Notes under the pieces: model-generated
Seen by the model: only the letters and a program-made list of their open reading frames with translations
Told to the model about the DNA's origin: nothing
The model's database searches: none
Assembly (NCBI GenBank): GCA_000708835.1
Contig: DF237343.1
Span: 19,811-83,810, forward strand
DNA: 64,000 nt
Direction: 5' to 3'
From: Klebsormidium nitens
Taxonomy: Eukaryota; Plantae; Klebsormidiophyceae
Part shown: in pieces, positions 27,087-38,900 of the stretch
Numbering within the stretch: position 1 is the first letter of the stretch
Layout: each line of letters starts with the position of its first letter
Program-made: the position numbers and the translations under genes

Positions 27087-29318
27087 ATGAATGCAAGGCA
27101 GATGTCTCCCAAAATGGTGAAGCAGCAATTGAGGCCAGAGTCTTGCAGCTCAGGTGAAGAGTACAATTCTTGTACGACTCCTAGCAGGCCCAATCAGAGC
27201 GCTGCGCAGCAAATGCGACAAGTGCACCGGCTGCCTGCACATTGCAGTGCCTCTGAGCTTTCTGCAGCTCTGCACTCTGGGGAGCCTTTCGTAATCTCCC
27301 TTCAGCAGGAAGACGTCCCAGATCAGGAGCTCGCTGCACTGAAGCAGCGGTTAGCTGGAAAGACTGTGCATGGATGGCAGGGGGACAAATCGATCGAGCT
27401 CAGTATTGACGACGTCGTGGATCTGTGGCTGGAAGACCGGCTTCCATGCAACATTGTTGATAGCTACGTGAAGGTGAGGCAATAGAACTACTTGCAAAGC
27501 CACCAGGTTTCATGTGTTCCAGTACCTTGTGAGCATCTGCGGCTGTAAAGATTGATCTCTTTCAATCCGGAGCAGGGGTTGTTGAGATCAGTGCTGGTGA
27601 TAAGAAACTCTCCACGCTTAAGCAAGTTCTGCTTGATGCTTCTTACCGACTTGGCGGGCTGTGTTGGAGCTTCGTGCATGTGAATGATTATGGTCTCCTG
27701 TGTTACAAAATTCTTTGAGGAACATCTTGCAGGATTTACTAGACTTAATGTAGTGTGCAGCCGCACGTAGGTATGTCACATTGTATCCAAGCCCGTCTCC
27801 GCTTCCCAGCCTGTTGCATTCAACAGCGTATTTCAGCACCCTCCAAGCATAGAGCTTGCCTGGGTGCTCTGAACGGCAGTGATTTTGAACAGACTTCGTT
27901 CTTTCTAAAGCCGGACTTCAAAGCGCAAATATCTTTGCTACTAGCTGATTCCAGCTTTTGGGTCTCTTTGACGGTCATCTAGAAGCCTGGACTGGACATT
28001 TGTTTCTGTCCCATCTACCATTTGAGCATTACATCTGATTGAGTCAATCTTGAAACGTAATGCTTTTGCGCACGTTTTGGAGTTAGGTTGAACATTGCAG
28101 ATTCCGCGAGCCTGGCGCCTATCTCTGCAAACTACAACGTGAGAGTGCCGCATGCCTATCTCTGCTCAATCAGTAACATTGACGTCACCATCCTTTGTCA
28201 ACAGCTTTGCTATTGGACGAAGATAGCCAGGGGACTCATCAGGGACCCAGGCTATGAACCAACCTTGCACCTGGACTTAGATGAGGATTCCTTTGTTGTT
28301 GTATACGTAAAGCACCACCACAACTTCGCCACTGGACTTCAATGGGCAGTGGATCTGATTCCCAAAGCATTTTCCAGAGGCACCTGAGCAGGGCCGTTCA
28401 GAATATCAGAAGGCCCACTCGGCAGAATGTCTGACAACTTATTTCTTTCCAGGGAGTCTTCTCCGTTCCCGACTTTCTTGCAGAAACCAACCTTCTCTCC
28501 AAGCACCCGGACACTGAAGAGAGGACCGTCTCGCTTTACCTGAGCTCCTCGAACGCGTACACCCCCTTTCATGTCGACGCCTACGGTTTCGCCGGCTGGG
28601 CCTTTCTCTTCCGGGGGTCCAAACGATGGGAGTTTGTTCATCCTCAGCACTACACAGAGTTTCACGATGCTGCTCTTGGGGGTCCCAGGGACACACCAGG
28701 AAATGAGTTGCCAGCAGAAGTCGAACTGTGGAGAACAACAGCGGGCGAGAGAGACGTGGTTTACATTCCCCCCGGATGGCTCCACAGGTAAGCTGACAGG
28801 TTTTCGAAAGATTTGCACAAGATTTGAACAAGGTGTCTATCCTTGCGAATATCAAATTGTTTGCATTCCAGCAAGCTTGCTCGCGAGCTTCAAGTAATCG
28901 ACTGGCTGGGGTTATCGGACATCACTCTCAAAACATTGTGAACTCGCCGCTCCTTAGTCTCCCGATTTGCAATTGTCTCGTCCAGTCTTCTAGGACATGG
29001 AGATATTTCAAGACCTCTTCTCAAACGGTCTTTAAATCAGCACTCCTTTTGACAGCTTAAATGTGTCGGCCACCTTTTTTGAGGCTCTTATCTTGGTGAT
29101 GATTACCACCTCATGTAATTTTACTAATCATGTGCAGAGTTTGGACAGACCAGCCAAGCTTCGGTTTCGGAGGAGCATGTGCGATGCCGTGGGAGGTGGA
29201 ACAGGTTTTGCAGCACTGGCGGCAAGAAAAGGAATTGGGAATTGCTCTAGAAAAAGATCTGGACGAAATCTTTAGAACAATCAGTGCGGTCACTATTTCA
29301 AAACGAACAGCACCGTGA
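27087..29318 (+). CDS. JmjC-domain 2-oxoglutarate/Fe(II) oxygenase (JMJD4/JMJD6-like, JmjC only), exons 27087-27473, 28453-28787, 29138-29318
   Basis: TPFHVDAYGFAGWAFLFRGSKRW supplies HxD plus Lys and VVYIPPGWLHRV supplies the distal His. Splice phases 0 and 2 fit. The start codon is uncertain. Confidence 0.88.
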
Positions 29319-30363
29319 TCTACAGCCGTTTCTTGTACTCCCAATATGACGTGGTCTATTGGACTAGTCACCCAGCTGCATCATCTCATTTCGAATGCTC
29401 TGAATCATAAAAGCTTCCTGTAACAGCCAATCAAGCGAACATTTCGAGAAGTCAGCGTTTATGATGCACTATCAAACAACCGAGCTCGTGACCTAGTACG
29501 GCCAAAGCTCACGTATACTCTCAAATGCTGCAAAAGTTGAAATGTCGTTAATCGAGATTCTGAGAGTTTGACAAGGTGCGTGCACACGCTTCTTAATTTC
29601 CGCGCCTTGGCTCACAGCCGGACCTCATATATTCTGTTATGTTCGACGGAGACCGCCCAATCTGACAGCGAAGCATGATAACAAACTTAATTGTGTATTA
29701 AGGTTGCGCGTCGACCGAAAACCTCCGAGGTCATCCCAGGTTTCTGAGCCAATCAGAGGCCTGCTTTTCATAAATATGGGTTTGTAAGAGGTTTGCAACA
29801 CTGAGGTGATTGTGTCGCCTATAAGTATCAAATGAGCATCTTTTCTGCTCAAAGAGGCCTTGCTGGCAATTGCCACCACTCATGGCCTTTGCCCATGTGC
29901 TTTGGATGGAGCATTTTGGTGCACAATTGGGTGATATAGGGCGCATAGATGTGGAGGGTTTGCTGCAAACCACTGCCGAAACCAGGGTTTCCTGAACCAC
30001 GTGGTCTGACAACATCATAGTGGGGGGTGGTAGATTTTCGGTCGACGCGCAACCTAAATCTTGAAAGGCTGAAGTCTACATTTCGAAGTTGACAATCGGA
30101 CAGCTAGAAAATCCACCTTGATAAGTGAATTGGCGTGTTCGTCACGATGATGCAAAGCGGATCATTACACGCCTTATATGCAAGCGGATCGCGCACACCC
30201 GGCTCACTTAATTTATAATCGTAGAGGCGGGCGCTTGAAGTTTGCTAGCTGTATCATGACTGAGGCCCAACGGATATGCATGGGCAATTTCGTACAGAGT
30301 CGCTAGCTTATTCTTCCCATGATGCATGTGACCGAGACGCGGTCACAGTTGAAAATTTAAAAG

Positions 30364-30450
30364 GACGACCATTCGATCGAGTCGATTTTCCTTTACGCAT
30401 TGGGCACGCGCGTGAAGCTTCTGCCACCGCGCCTAGATCGAATGGTCGTC
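30364..30450. repeat. 87-bp element with perfect 15-bp terminal inverted repeats and a central 10-bp palindrome
   Basis: GACGACCATTCGATC (30364-30378) and GATCGAATGGTCGTC (30436-30450), with CACGCGCGTG at 30405-30414. Confidence 0.9.
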
Positions 30451-30898
30451 TGGATCCAAGCTTGTTCTGATCAGATCTCGCGCCTGCAAATATTAAGCGC
30501 CCAAGCACGTACATGCAGTGGCACCATGCATGTGGGAGTTCTTAGTATTACCACTCGATCAGCCGTTAATTAGCTAGATACGTCATCGTGATTATTGAAT
30601 GAACGCACGCGCCGAGCCGCGCTGGCCACTGCAGCGGCGCGCGGCTGCAAGCTCCAAAAGGTTTACGGAGTTACCTATATGACGATGTGTAAAGCTCTGG
30701 CAAGTGTTACTGTACTCGGCGACTCCCATTTTGTAAAGCTCCGAGTCCCGGACATCTGCATGACTGGGCAAATATGAACACAATGGAAATTTGGCACAAG
30801 GAAAAGGCGATCCGGCCGTTTAAGAATACTTCAAATCCACGAGTTCTGCATGAACACGGGATCAAACACGGTATCAAGCATTGCCTTCGCTATGGCCC

Positions 30899-33201
30899 CT
30901 ACTTCGAACGTTCTTCTTTTAGTCCGTCTTGCAAAGCAGTGACCTCGGCTAGCTGGTCATTCGTCAATCTTTCCCACTTGATTTCTTCGATAAAGCCTTC
31001 TTTTAGTTTCTCAACCATTGCGCTTCGGATGAATTTGACCTTGAGATTGCTCCCGTGCATTCCTCTGAGCCAACTAAGCCACGACCTTGCATTCTCTTTG
31101 GTCACCACCGCAAAGGTATCTATGTCGGAGCACAGTTGCGGCACATCGCATGCATCCGCCAGCTTGAGAAGCTCCTGCAAGATGCAAGGTGAAGATGGAC
31201 GTTGGTTCAGGTTCGAGAGCACCTATTCTCTACTCCGACAAGAGGAGCACTCGGATCATGCCAACATGCAGTTTGATGTCGGCCCAAATCACGCGCGCTC
31301 ACCATCAGACATTTTCTCTTAAAGTCAATTAAAGAACGGTGTGACTGTAAGTATGCTCCCAACAGAGCCACCGATTGAGCTTGCAAGTGACCACAGCGCT
31401 TTGGTCCGGACAACTACTTGTAAACAATGGTCCTCAAATTTGCGTTTTCGTGCAAAGAAAGACGCAAACCAACGTCGCTAGTTATTTCGATCATGCTTTG
31501 CCCCAGCTTTTTGCGCCTCACCTGTAATCTGGCGGCCCTGGTTGGGGTTATGCGGTACAAAGGACGGCGGTCTCCGTAGACGTAGTACAAGAAGGCCTCC
31601 AAAGCGGACTTGCCAGCAGGGCATGGCACATCTACTTTCAGCTTGTGGCCAGGGCCTCGAGGTTGCCCCTCCCAAACTTGCTTCAATCTAGTCGAGAAGT
31701 AGGGCACGCTCAACAGCGCTGCGGAATGAGCAGCCACTGTTGCGCCATCCTGGAAGTTGGAAAAGAAACTGATTGAAGACTCTTAAAGAACAGGCCTGAA
31801 TTTGAGGCGACTTCGTGACTTGACGAAGCCTGACGAAGGTGCTTTGAAGTATGGCATGCACTTCACTATAAGCATCACGACGTGCATGACTTACAGGTAG
31901 TGCAGTCAACAAAATGATCAGCTGTGAGGTTTTGTCCAATCATCCTATGGGGCCTCTATGGATTGATACTTGCACAGAAGAAACCTGCTCCTCAACATCG
32001 TTCTTATTTGGCCCCCTCACTTGTAGATTCCTGAGATGAACTTACTTGTATCGTACTTTTGTGTGTGCTACTCTCAAAAGCAGATGGTGTTTCTACGGTT
32101 CATCTTTCGATGCCACTCAGCTAGCTTGGTTGAAAACGTATCCATGCAGTGGCTCCTTAAGTTGCAAACGAAACTGCTTACGCATGTAACAGGCCTCGTA
32201 CCTCATGGCAACAAGCGGATTGCAGAAGGAGATTGCAAATCCTCACTAACCTGTGTAACAAAGTAGACGTCCCCACTTGCTTCTGCTTCGCCAAGCAGCG
32301 CAGACTGTGGTTTCAACTCTTTTGAGCGTTTGAATGCATTCCACCATCTTTCCGTAAAGATCCTTTTCATGCTTACGGTCACAGTCATCTTAGATGCTAA
32401 TTGAGAGGAGGAGCGGTCTGGCTGGTCATCATCAGAAGTACACAGATATTCAGCGTCACGGTCCTCTTCGGAGTCTGAGTCTTCGCTCTCTTCTTCTGAC
32501 CCGTCCGAGTCTTCCTGAGTGTTGGCGTTAGGTCTGACTTCGATACTAGTGACCTTGCAATGGAAGTCCGGGCCACCATCGTCTGAGACGATTCTTTCGT
32601 CCACAGTTGCACCAACATCACGCCACCATCCTGGCATCAAGAGATGCAGCACATCTGTTTAGCTATGCATAAACGGTCAGCATCGGTAGCTTCACCTTTC
32701 AAGCGCCAAACAAGACATGGAGGACCACAAACTGCTGCCCGCGATCTGCATCCAAAGAGTAGCCAATCCACTTGATCGTTTTTTTTGTGTGCTTGCAGTA
32801 CATTGCCCTCAAGTTGATGTGCTTGCAGCAAACAATGCTTCAAGTTCTCGCAAAAGAAAAGGGTCAGGTTACAAACCTGGGTGAACGGGCAAATCTCCAG
32901 GGCGCCCAGCTTTTTCCCGCACCTCGTTCCCAGTAGTATAAGCGTAACCACATGGAGCTGCTGAGCACCCTGGAGTACCTCTTGGGACATCCAGCTCATA
33001 TTCGTTGTTCAATGGGCCATCAGGTGAGGGTTTCTCAAGGTCAATTTTGAAGCAATGGGTCACTTTTTGGCATACCCTCCCTGCATTCAGATCCTCTTTT
33101 GAAGAGGTGGAGTTGGTTGTTCGTTTCCGTTTCTTCAGGGTGCGGGTGCTTGTTGCCGTCCTGTAAGGATAGACAGGTTTATCCTTGCCCCAAGACGCCA
33201 T
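30899..33201 (-). CDS. BTB/POZ-domain protein, 4 exons (33201-32877, 32630-32251, 31749-31522, 31174-30899)
   Basis: The spliced BTB core reads GDVYFVTQ|DGATVAAHSAALLSVPYFSTRL...ALEAFLYYVYG...ELLKLADACDVPQL. The N-terminus has a KKRKR NLS-like patch and an acidic tract. Confidence 0.85.
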
Positions 33202-33948
33202 TAGGGGCCATGGAGAAAAGGTGCCCTAATCAATCCATGCGCAAGCCCACGCGTCGGGCCTCACCGTGAGCAAGAGTCTGGCAGACTCTTTCACGGTGAC
33301 AGGACTCTCTGAAGATGTGCTGAGGGCTGCCTAGGCAAGCAACGAAGCTGTTGATGTATTTGTGTGCTCTGCGCACCGCAATTTTGCGTGCAATTCTGCC
33401 CCTTCTGCCCCTTCATTGTCAACCTCGCTGCATAATGGGATGCGCACACGTTGACAAGGCACCCGGGGGATCTCTACCGGGTGCACCGTTCCTACCAGCG
33501 CCTAACTGTAGTTTACGGACCGGGGCGCCAGCAAGGGTTGGCGAACCCTAAACTGTACGGCTGCTAACTTACATGAGCTAAATGATAATGCATGGGGGGC
33601 ATCTAGCTGCTTTCCTCGCATCAAAACAAAAGGTCAAAGTGATAACTCGAATTGGACAGATAAAAGATTCAAGAAGCATGTAGAACTTGGATAGCTGCCA
33701 ATATTAATAAGTCGAGAACAGGTTCCTAGATCATGGCTGCTAGCTTTCCATGTCGGGGCAAAATTCGAAACGGATTCTTGGTGTGCAAAGGCGGAAATCG
33801 AAGGTAGAGCTGGGAAGATTCTGCTAAAAGGTGAATGGTCATGGGAGAATGTGACCAACTGGCTTGCAAGACCAGACCACTCCCTGCTTGGAGTCCTTTT
33901 AAAGGGAAGCTGCTCAGGTCTATTATCTAATCAACAGCTCGACAACCC

Positions 33949-35272
33949 ATGGCAACAACCAGAGACGTCCTTGAATCAATGCTGCCAAAGCAGAATCGTT
34001 TCCAAATAGGTCTCAGCTGTGGGACACAGCTGAAGCCAAGCGACATTGTCATCCGCAAAATGCAGGTTCCTGACATCCCTGAGGCTGTTCTGCTCTTTGC
34101 GGAACACCTTTCCAGGGCCGCAGACCCATTCTATGCCCTTCGGGGCCTGCCCTTCACATATTATCTACAGTACTGGCAGACGGTTGTCAGCAAATCTGTA
34201 GCCAGGGGGCTGGCTACAGTAGCAGTTCTAGCAGACCATAAGAGCATTGCCTTGGGGAATGAGCTGGCATGGACAGATACAGGAGGCAGGCAGGAAGGGA
34301 CCGCAATACCTTCAGTAGTGTGCGCAGTCAGCACATTACCAGCAAGCGAGTTTCTGAAGATCGATGAGGAGGACTCCAAGCATGGGGACCGCGAGGTGGA
34401 GGATGCAGTCTACGACAGCCATTTTGAGGCGTTCTTCAGGTATGTATCCCTCAGCTTCCAATCCTATATTGATGAACTTCCTTGCTCTTGTCGAGTGGCA
34501 AAATATCAGACGGGTTTGCATTTTTGCCCCTAAATATCTGATTACGGTTGTCAAAGGTTGACTCCCCAAGGCTGTTCTTGGTTGTGGGGATCGTCAAACT
34601 CACATCGAGTTTCATTCTGCTGGAGTGGGGCGATAGAAGGAAAGCTTATGTAAATATGCACTGCCAACGGATGGACTTAGATCCAGTATATGACACTGCA
34701 ATTTGAGCTGACAACTCTGCTGTTGACGAACCTGCCCAGTTGTCACGGAAGCCTCCGCAGACATGCCCACATCAGGACCCCTCAAACCAGAGTTTTGTCT
34801 CTTGAACCCCCACGGACCTCTAGTACATCTGACCAGAGTTCACTGGAAGCGCGTAATCTGTGGACACTCGTATTGGACAGCTTGGCATTGGCCTCCTATT
34901 GAATCTTAGCATTAACTTCTAACCTGCAGAAAGCCTCTGTGTCCTCTACAAAAGTTAGTATACATCATTGGGGGTGTCACCAACCCACAATTCCACTGCC
35001 CTGGCGTTGCGAGGCGAACCACGGATCTTGTTTTGAGATTTGCAGTGGACCAGGGTTTTCTGCATGCCGTTGCCGATTGTCTGAGCAACGCAGGTAGTAA
35101 TTTTGCCACTAAAACTCTTGGGGTCAAGCTGTCCAACACAGTGAGCATGCCATTGAGTAAAGTTAAGTTGAAGGACGGAAGGCAACCGTTTGACGGTCGC
35201 ACAGACATACCCAACTATGCAATGTTAGCTTGGGTGGACCTTTCAGAGCATCTGCCAAGAAGCCGCTTGTAA
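33949..35272 (+). CDS. GNAT-family N-acetyltransferase-like protein with C-terminal PTS1 (SRL), exons 33949-34439 and 34930-35272
   Basis: N-terminal IVIRKMQVPDIPEAVLL, motif-A-like VTNPQFHCPGVA and motif-B-like AVADCLSNAGSNFATKTLG; ends LPRSRL*. The phase-2 intron is consistent. Confidence 0.75.
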
Positions 35273-35944
35273 GGAAATGTCAGCAATCTGCTAGGTAAGG
35301 TGCATAGGAGGACTGGAGGTACTGAGAAGCGTCATTAGATTCCCGGAGTTTGTATATCAGGACAACACTGAGTAGGATTAAACATATGGCCACCATAGCT
35401 AGTCGATGCGTTAAGTTATAAATCGGTCGAATGGACGCCTGGCATGCGCGCTGAGATTCTGCATACCTCCTCCCATCGCACGAACTTACTCTATAATGCA
35501 TAACAAGTAGACTATTGCATGTGCGGTGATGAAGCAATGCAAGATGAGTGAGAACTCCAACTTGATCATTCTGAGCGTCGGATGCCATGCGGCCCGATGG
35601 CGAGCGGGCGTTTACATCTACAAGCCTGGAGGATTGATAGACCCATATGCGATTGTGCGACGTTTAACAGTGTCACGTGAGTGTCTTGCCGGCGGTTGCA
35701 ACCGCACATGATGTATAGCGTCACGTGCCTTTATGAAACGAGCCAACAGCTCCCATGCGGCAGGAAAGCACCTATGGCTCTTGGCACACCGCCCGCTCAT
35801 GGGCCATATCTGCTTGCAACACTTCGTCTTCTGCAACACCGTGTGTACCTTCTGATTGATGAGAAAAGGTAAATCAAGGTTCAGTACGCTTCTCGTGCTA
35901 GCTCACGAAGTTGAAACACGTCACAGCAGCTTGCTCAGTTCCTT

Positions 35945-38900
35945 TCACTCGTCACGAAGGCTGAAGGCGTGCTCCTTTCCCCGGGCCATAAAGTTCTCCC
36001 GCGCCGCGTATGCAGTCTCCTTTGTAGGCACCTGGGAAGAAAGTGTTGGCTGGTCACGATCGGGATTTGAATAGAGCCATAAAATGTATGCAGGGAACAC
36101 GCCGTACATGAGGTCTCTGAACTCGGAAGCGGTTGGAAGATATTCGTGGCCAGAGTGATGCTTTCCTATGTCTGAGAATGATCCAGGGGCGCTACGGCCT
36201 TCCCGGCCACAGTCATCTCGGGACTAAGGAACAGTAGGAGCAATCGTGTGGAATCAAAACAAGCATGTCAAAGCCGTTGCCCTCAGCTTACGATGACGAC
36301 CAGCACTGACCTAGCAAAAAGCGATTGTTTGAAAGAGCCACAACAAGGTAAAAGTGAAGTGAAGGCCCTTGCGCAGTACTCGCGAAGCTGCGGGGTAAGC
36401 CGCTCCCAGTCACTACCCCAACTACATCAGACATTAGTTGCTTCCTGAATTCGGCCTTGAAAGACGGAATTGGAAATACGGACGGGAGCGCAGCTCCCGT
36501 CCGTTTCTGCCGGCCTCTTTCCTGTTGGCTGACTACTTCTCACTGGGAGTAACCAATCATGAAAATGCCTGGACCCGAAGGGCTCACACAACGAGGGCCC
36601 GCTTTTGAAGGCCAAACTCCAAACCGATGCTCATGCTTGACCATCCACACTTCCGGATCTCGTACATGTGATCGTTGACGATTTGGAACGATAGCCTGCT
36701 GACTGCTAAATATGCTGACGCTTTGCTCACCAGCTTTTCAATCATCAGATCAATCGGCAGACTACATTTTCGCAAGTCGGGCTGTCTACCTGAAGGTGGA
36801 GCTTCAAACGATCCTCCAAAACCATTGAACATTATTGCCAAAAACCTATGCACCGATTCTTACCGCGTAGCGCATCCCGGTCGGCTTGAAATGCATGCCG
36901 TCGCACTTCCGGCAGTGCACGTCCGGGTACTCTTTCCCGACGGTGTCCGTCCGCTCCTTGCAGACCGCGCACGCCCAGAAGCGCTTCACCAGCTTCGGAC
37001 AGAAGCGGACCGGGTGGTGTTCGGACACGCACAGGTCCGGCTTCTTCTCAGTGGACCGACGGCACTGCACGAGAAGGACTTGGTGTTAGCGCTTGCCTGC
37101 AATCGCTGGATGTAGGCGATCTTTGAAAGGAACAATCGAGTGCGTCTCGACCTTTTGTAACTAGAGCTACTGACGAGTCACAAAGCAAACCTTACCGAGT
37201 CGCAGGCTGGACATTCACGCTGGACTTCCAGCTCAGAACTTAGAAACCCGCGATCTCGTTGGAAAACGTTCTCCCACAACATTCACGCTTGATCAAAATC
37301 AAGTACGAAAGCCCTGCTCTTCTCGATCTTGCCGCATTCGCTCGGGCTAAAATCAGCGCAGGATTCCTAGTCAAAAGCTGTCAGGTACGCTCGGGCTAAA
37401 CGCCGCATCTGGACGCAGAATCCAAGACAAGGAGCCTTTGCTAACCTGGTCGCAGCGCCAGCCCTTGACGGTGACGGACTGGATCTTGTCCATCTTGGCG
37501 GCCAGCTCCTCCTTCTTCTCCAGGATGTCAAACGAGCCCAAGGCGCGCTCAATCTCCTCCTGATGAGGGACATAAATCAGGTTCAGTCCTGATTGAGATA
37601 ATAGGCGCAATCAAAGCTGTTATACCGAGATGTTCAGATTAGAACGAGTGGGCGAGCACCAGCGAAAAGCAGTGTAGGCGCCTGCAAAGCAGCGTGGGTT
37701 GGTTGAAGAAACAAAGCTCTCAACGGACGTATCAGTGACGGAGGTTTGGACACGTGTCCGAGACACGGACTCAGCGTACTAATGTCTCGCATGCAATCGA
37801 CAGGTTGGAAAAGCGAGGGTTCCCTTTACACAGGAAGGAGTAGAGGGAGGACTCGGACGCACGGATTGTAAAGATTCGCCGGGATACCCACCCCTCAGAA
37901 GCATGAACGCCTACTCGAATAATCTCATTTTCTTGACACCTGTACGGGCTTTCACATGCGCATACTTCAAGGTATAGCGCTCGATTCTATCCAGGTTCTA
38001 CGCCTCACCGCATCGCCCATGTCTCTGAAGACAGACTCGCGAGGCCCCTCCTCCATCCCCGCCACGTCCCGAAACGCTGCTGCAAACCCTTTCTTAATTG
38101 CCACGTGTCCGTCCGCGGGCCTGACACGTGGCCCCTGGCCTCCTTCTTGGGGGTCTGCCAGAAACAACGAGGATCGGTGGCGCATTGGAATGCATACAGC
38201 TTGAAAAGTTGTGGCCAGAAATATTCGAGTGCTGTTTCGAAAGGCGACCAAGTCGCTATATTTCCTCTAGTTTGTGAGGGAGTTCAGAAAAGTTGAAAGC
38301 TACGAAGCGCAAGTATTGGAATGGCCAATATCGCTCTGAAGAGTACTTCGACTGAGCGACTCGGAGACTTTGAGGTATCAATCGATAGCTCGTCGCCACT
38401 TTGCCAGCACACGAGAACTCATATCTGGAAGGATAGACCTTCTAGAAATCGACAATGTTTGAGGGACTTGCTTCAATCCAAACAAACTGCCTACAATTCT
38501 GAAAGCGTTTGGAGCGAAGCGCTGCTCTCGAACCTGGGCCGAAGGATCACTTAAAGCCCTACTCAACAGCCCCCTTATCGCAGAAAACAGAAATAGATCC
38601 TGGAGAAAAGACAACATTATGAAGGCATGAAAAGATAACACAAGCCGCAGATCGTCGAATTAGAGGAGGCCTTCGCGCTATAAGCTCACCTCTTTCTTTA
38701 CCCTCGCCGCTTGACGCTGAGACTTTCTTGATGCGCTGACCGGCAATGATCGATCGGCCCTCTGCAACACATTAGTCCTTTTACATCGTCTGCACCCTAG
38801 TGCGCTTCATCTGGACACTTACACCGCTAAGTTTGCTTCTAACTGTTTGCCAGAACTCGTAACATATGTGGTCGAAGGAAAGAGCAGTCAAGTGGGTCCG

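Noticed and set aside
28088-28387. Intronic ORF with TLHLD (HxD-like) and a 12-bp direct repeat GCCTATCTCTGC x2
   Set aside because: The true JmjC HxD is in the next exon and the gene splices cleanly without this segment. Two repeat copies are not a CRISPR-like array.
33459-33484. 8-bp stem hairpin and a telo-box-like AACCCTAAA (33544) in the BTB/GNAT promoter
   Set aside because: Within chance expectation for a 64-kb window.
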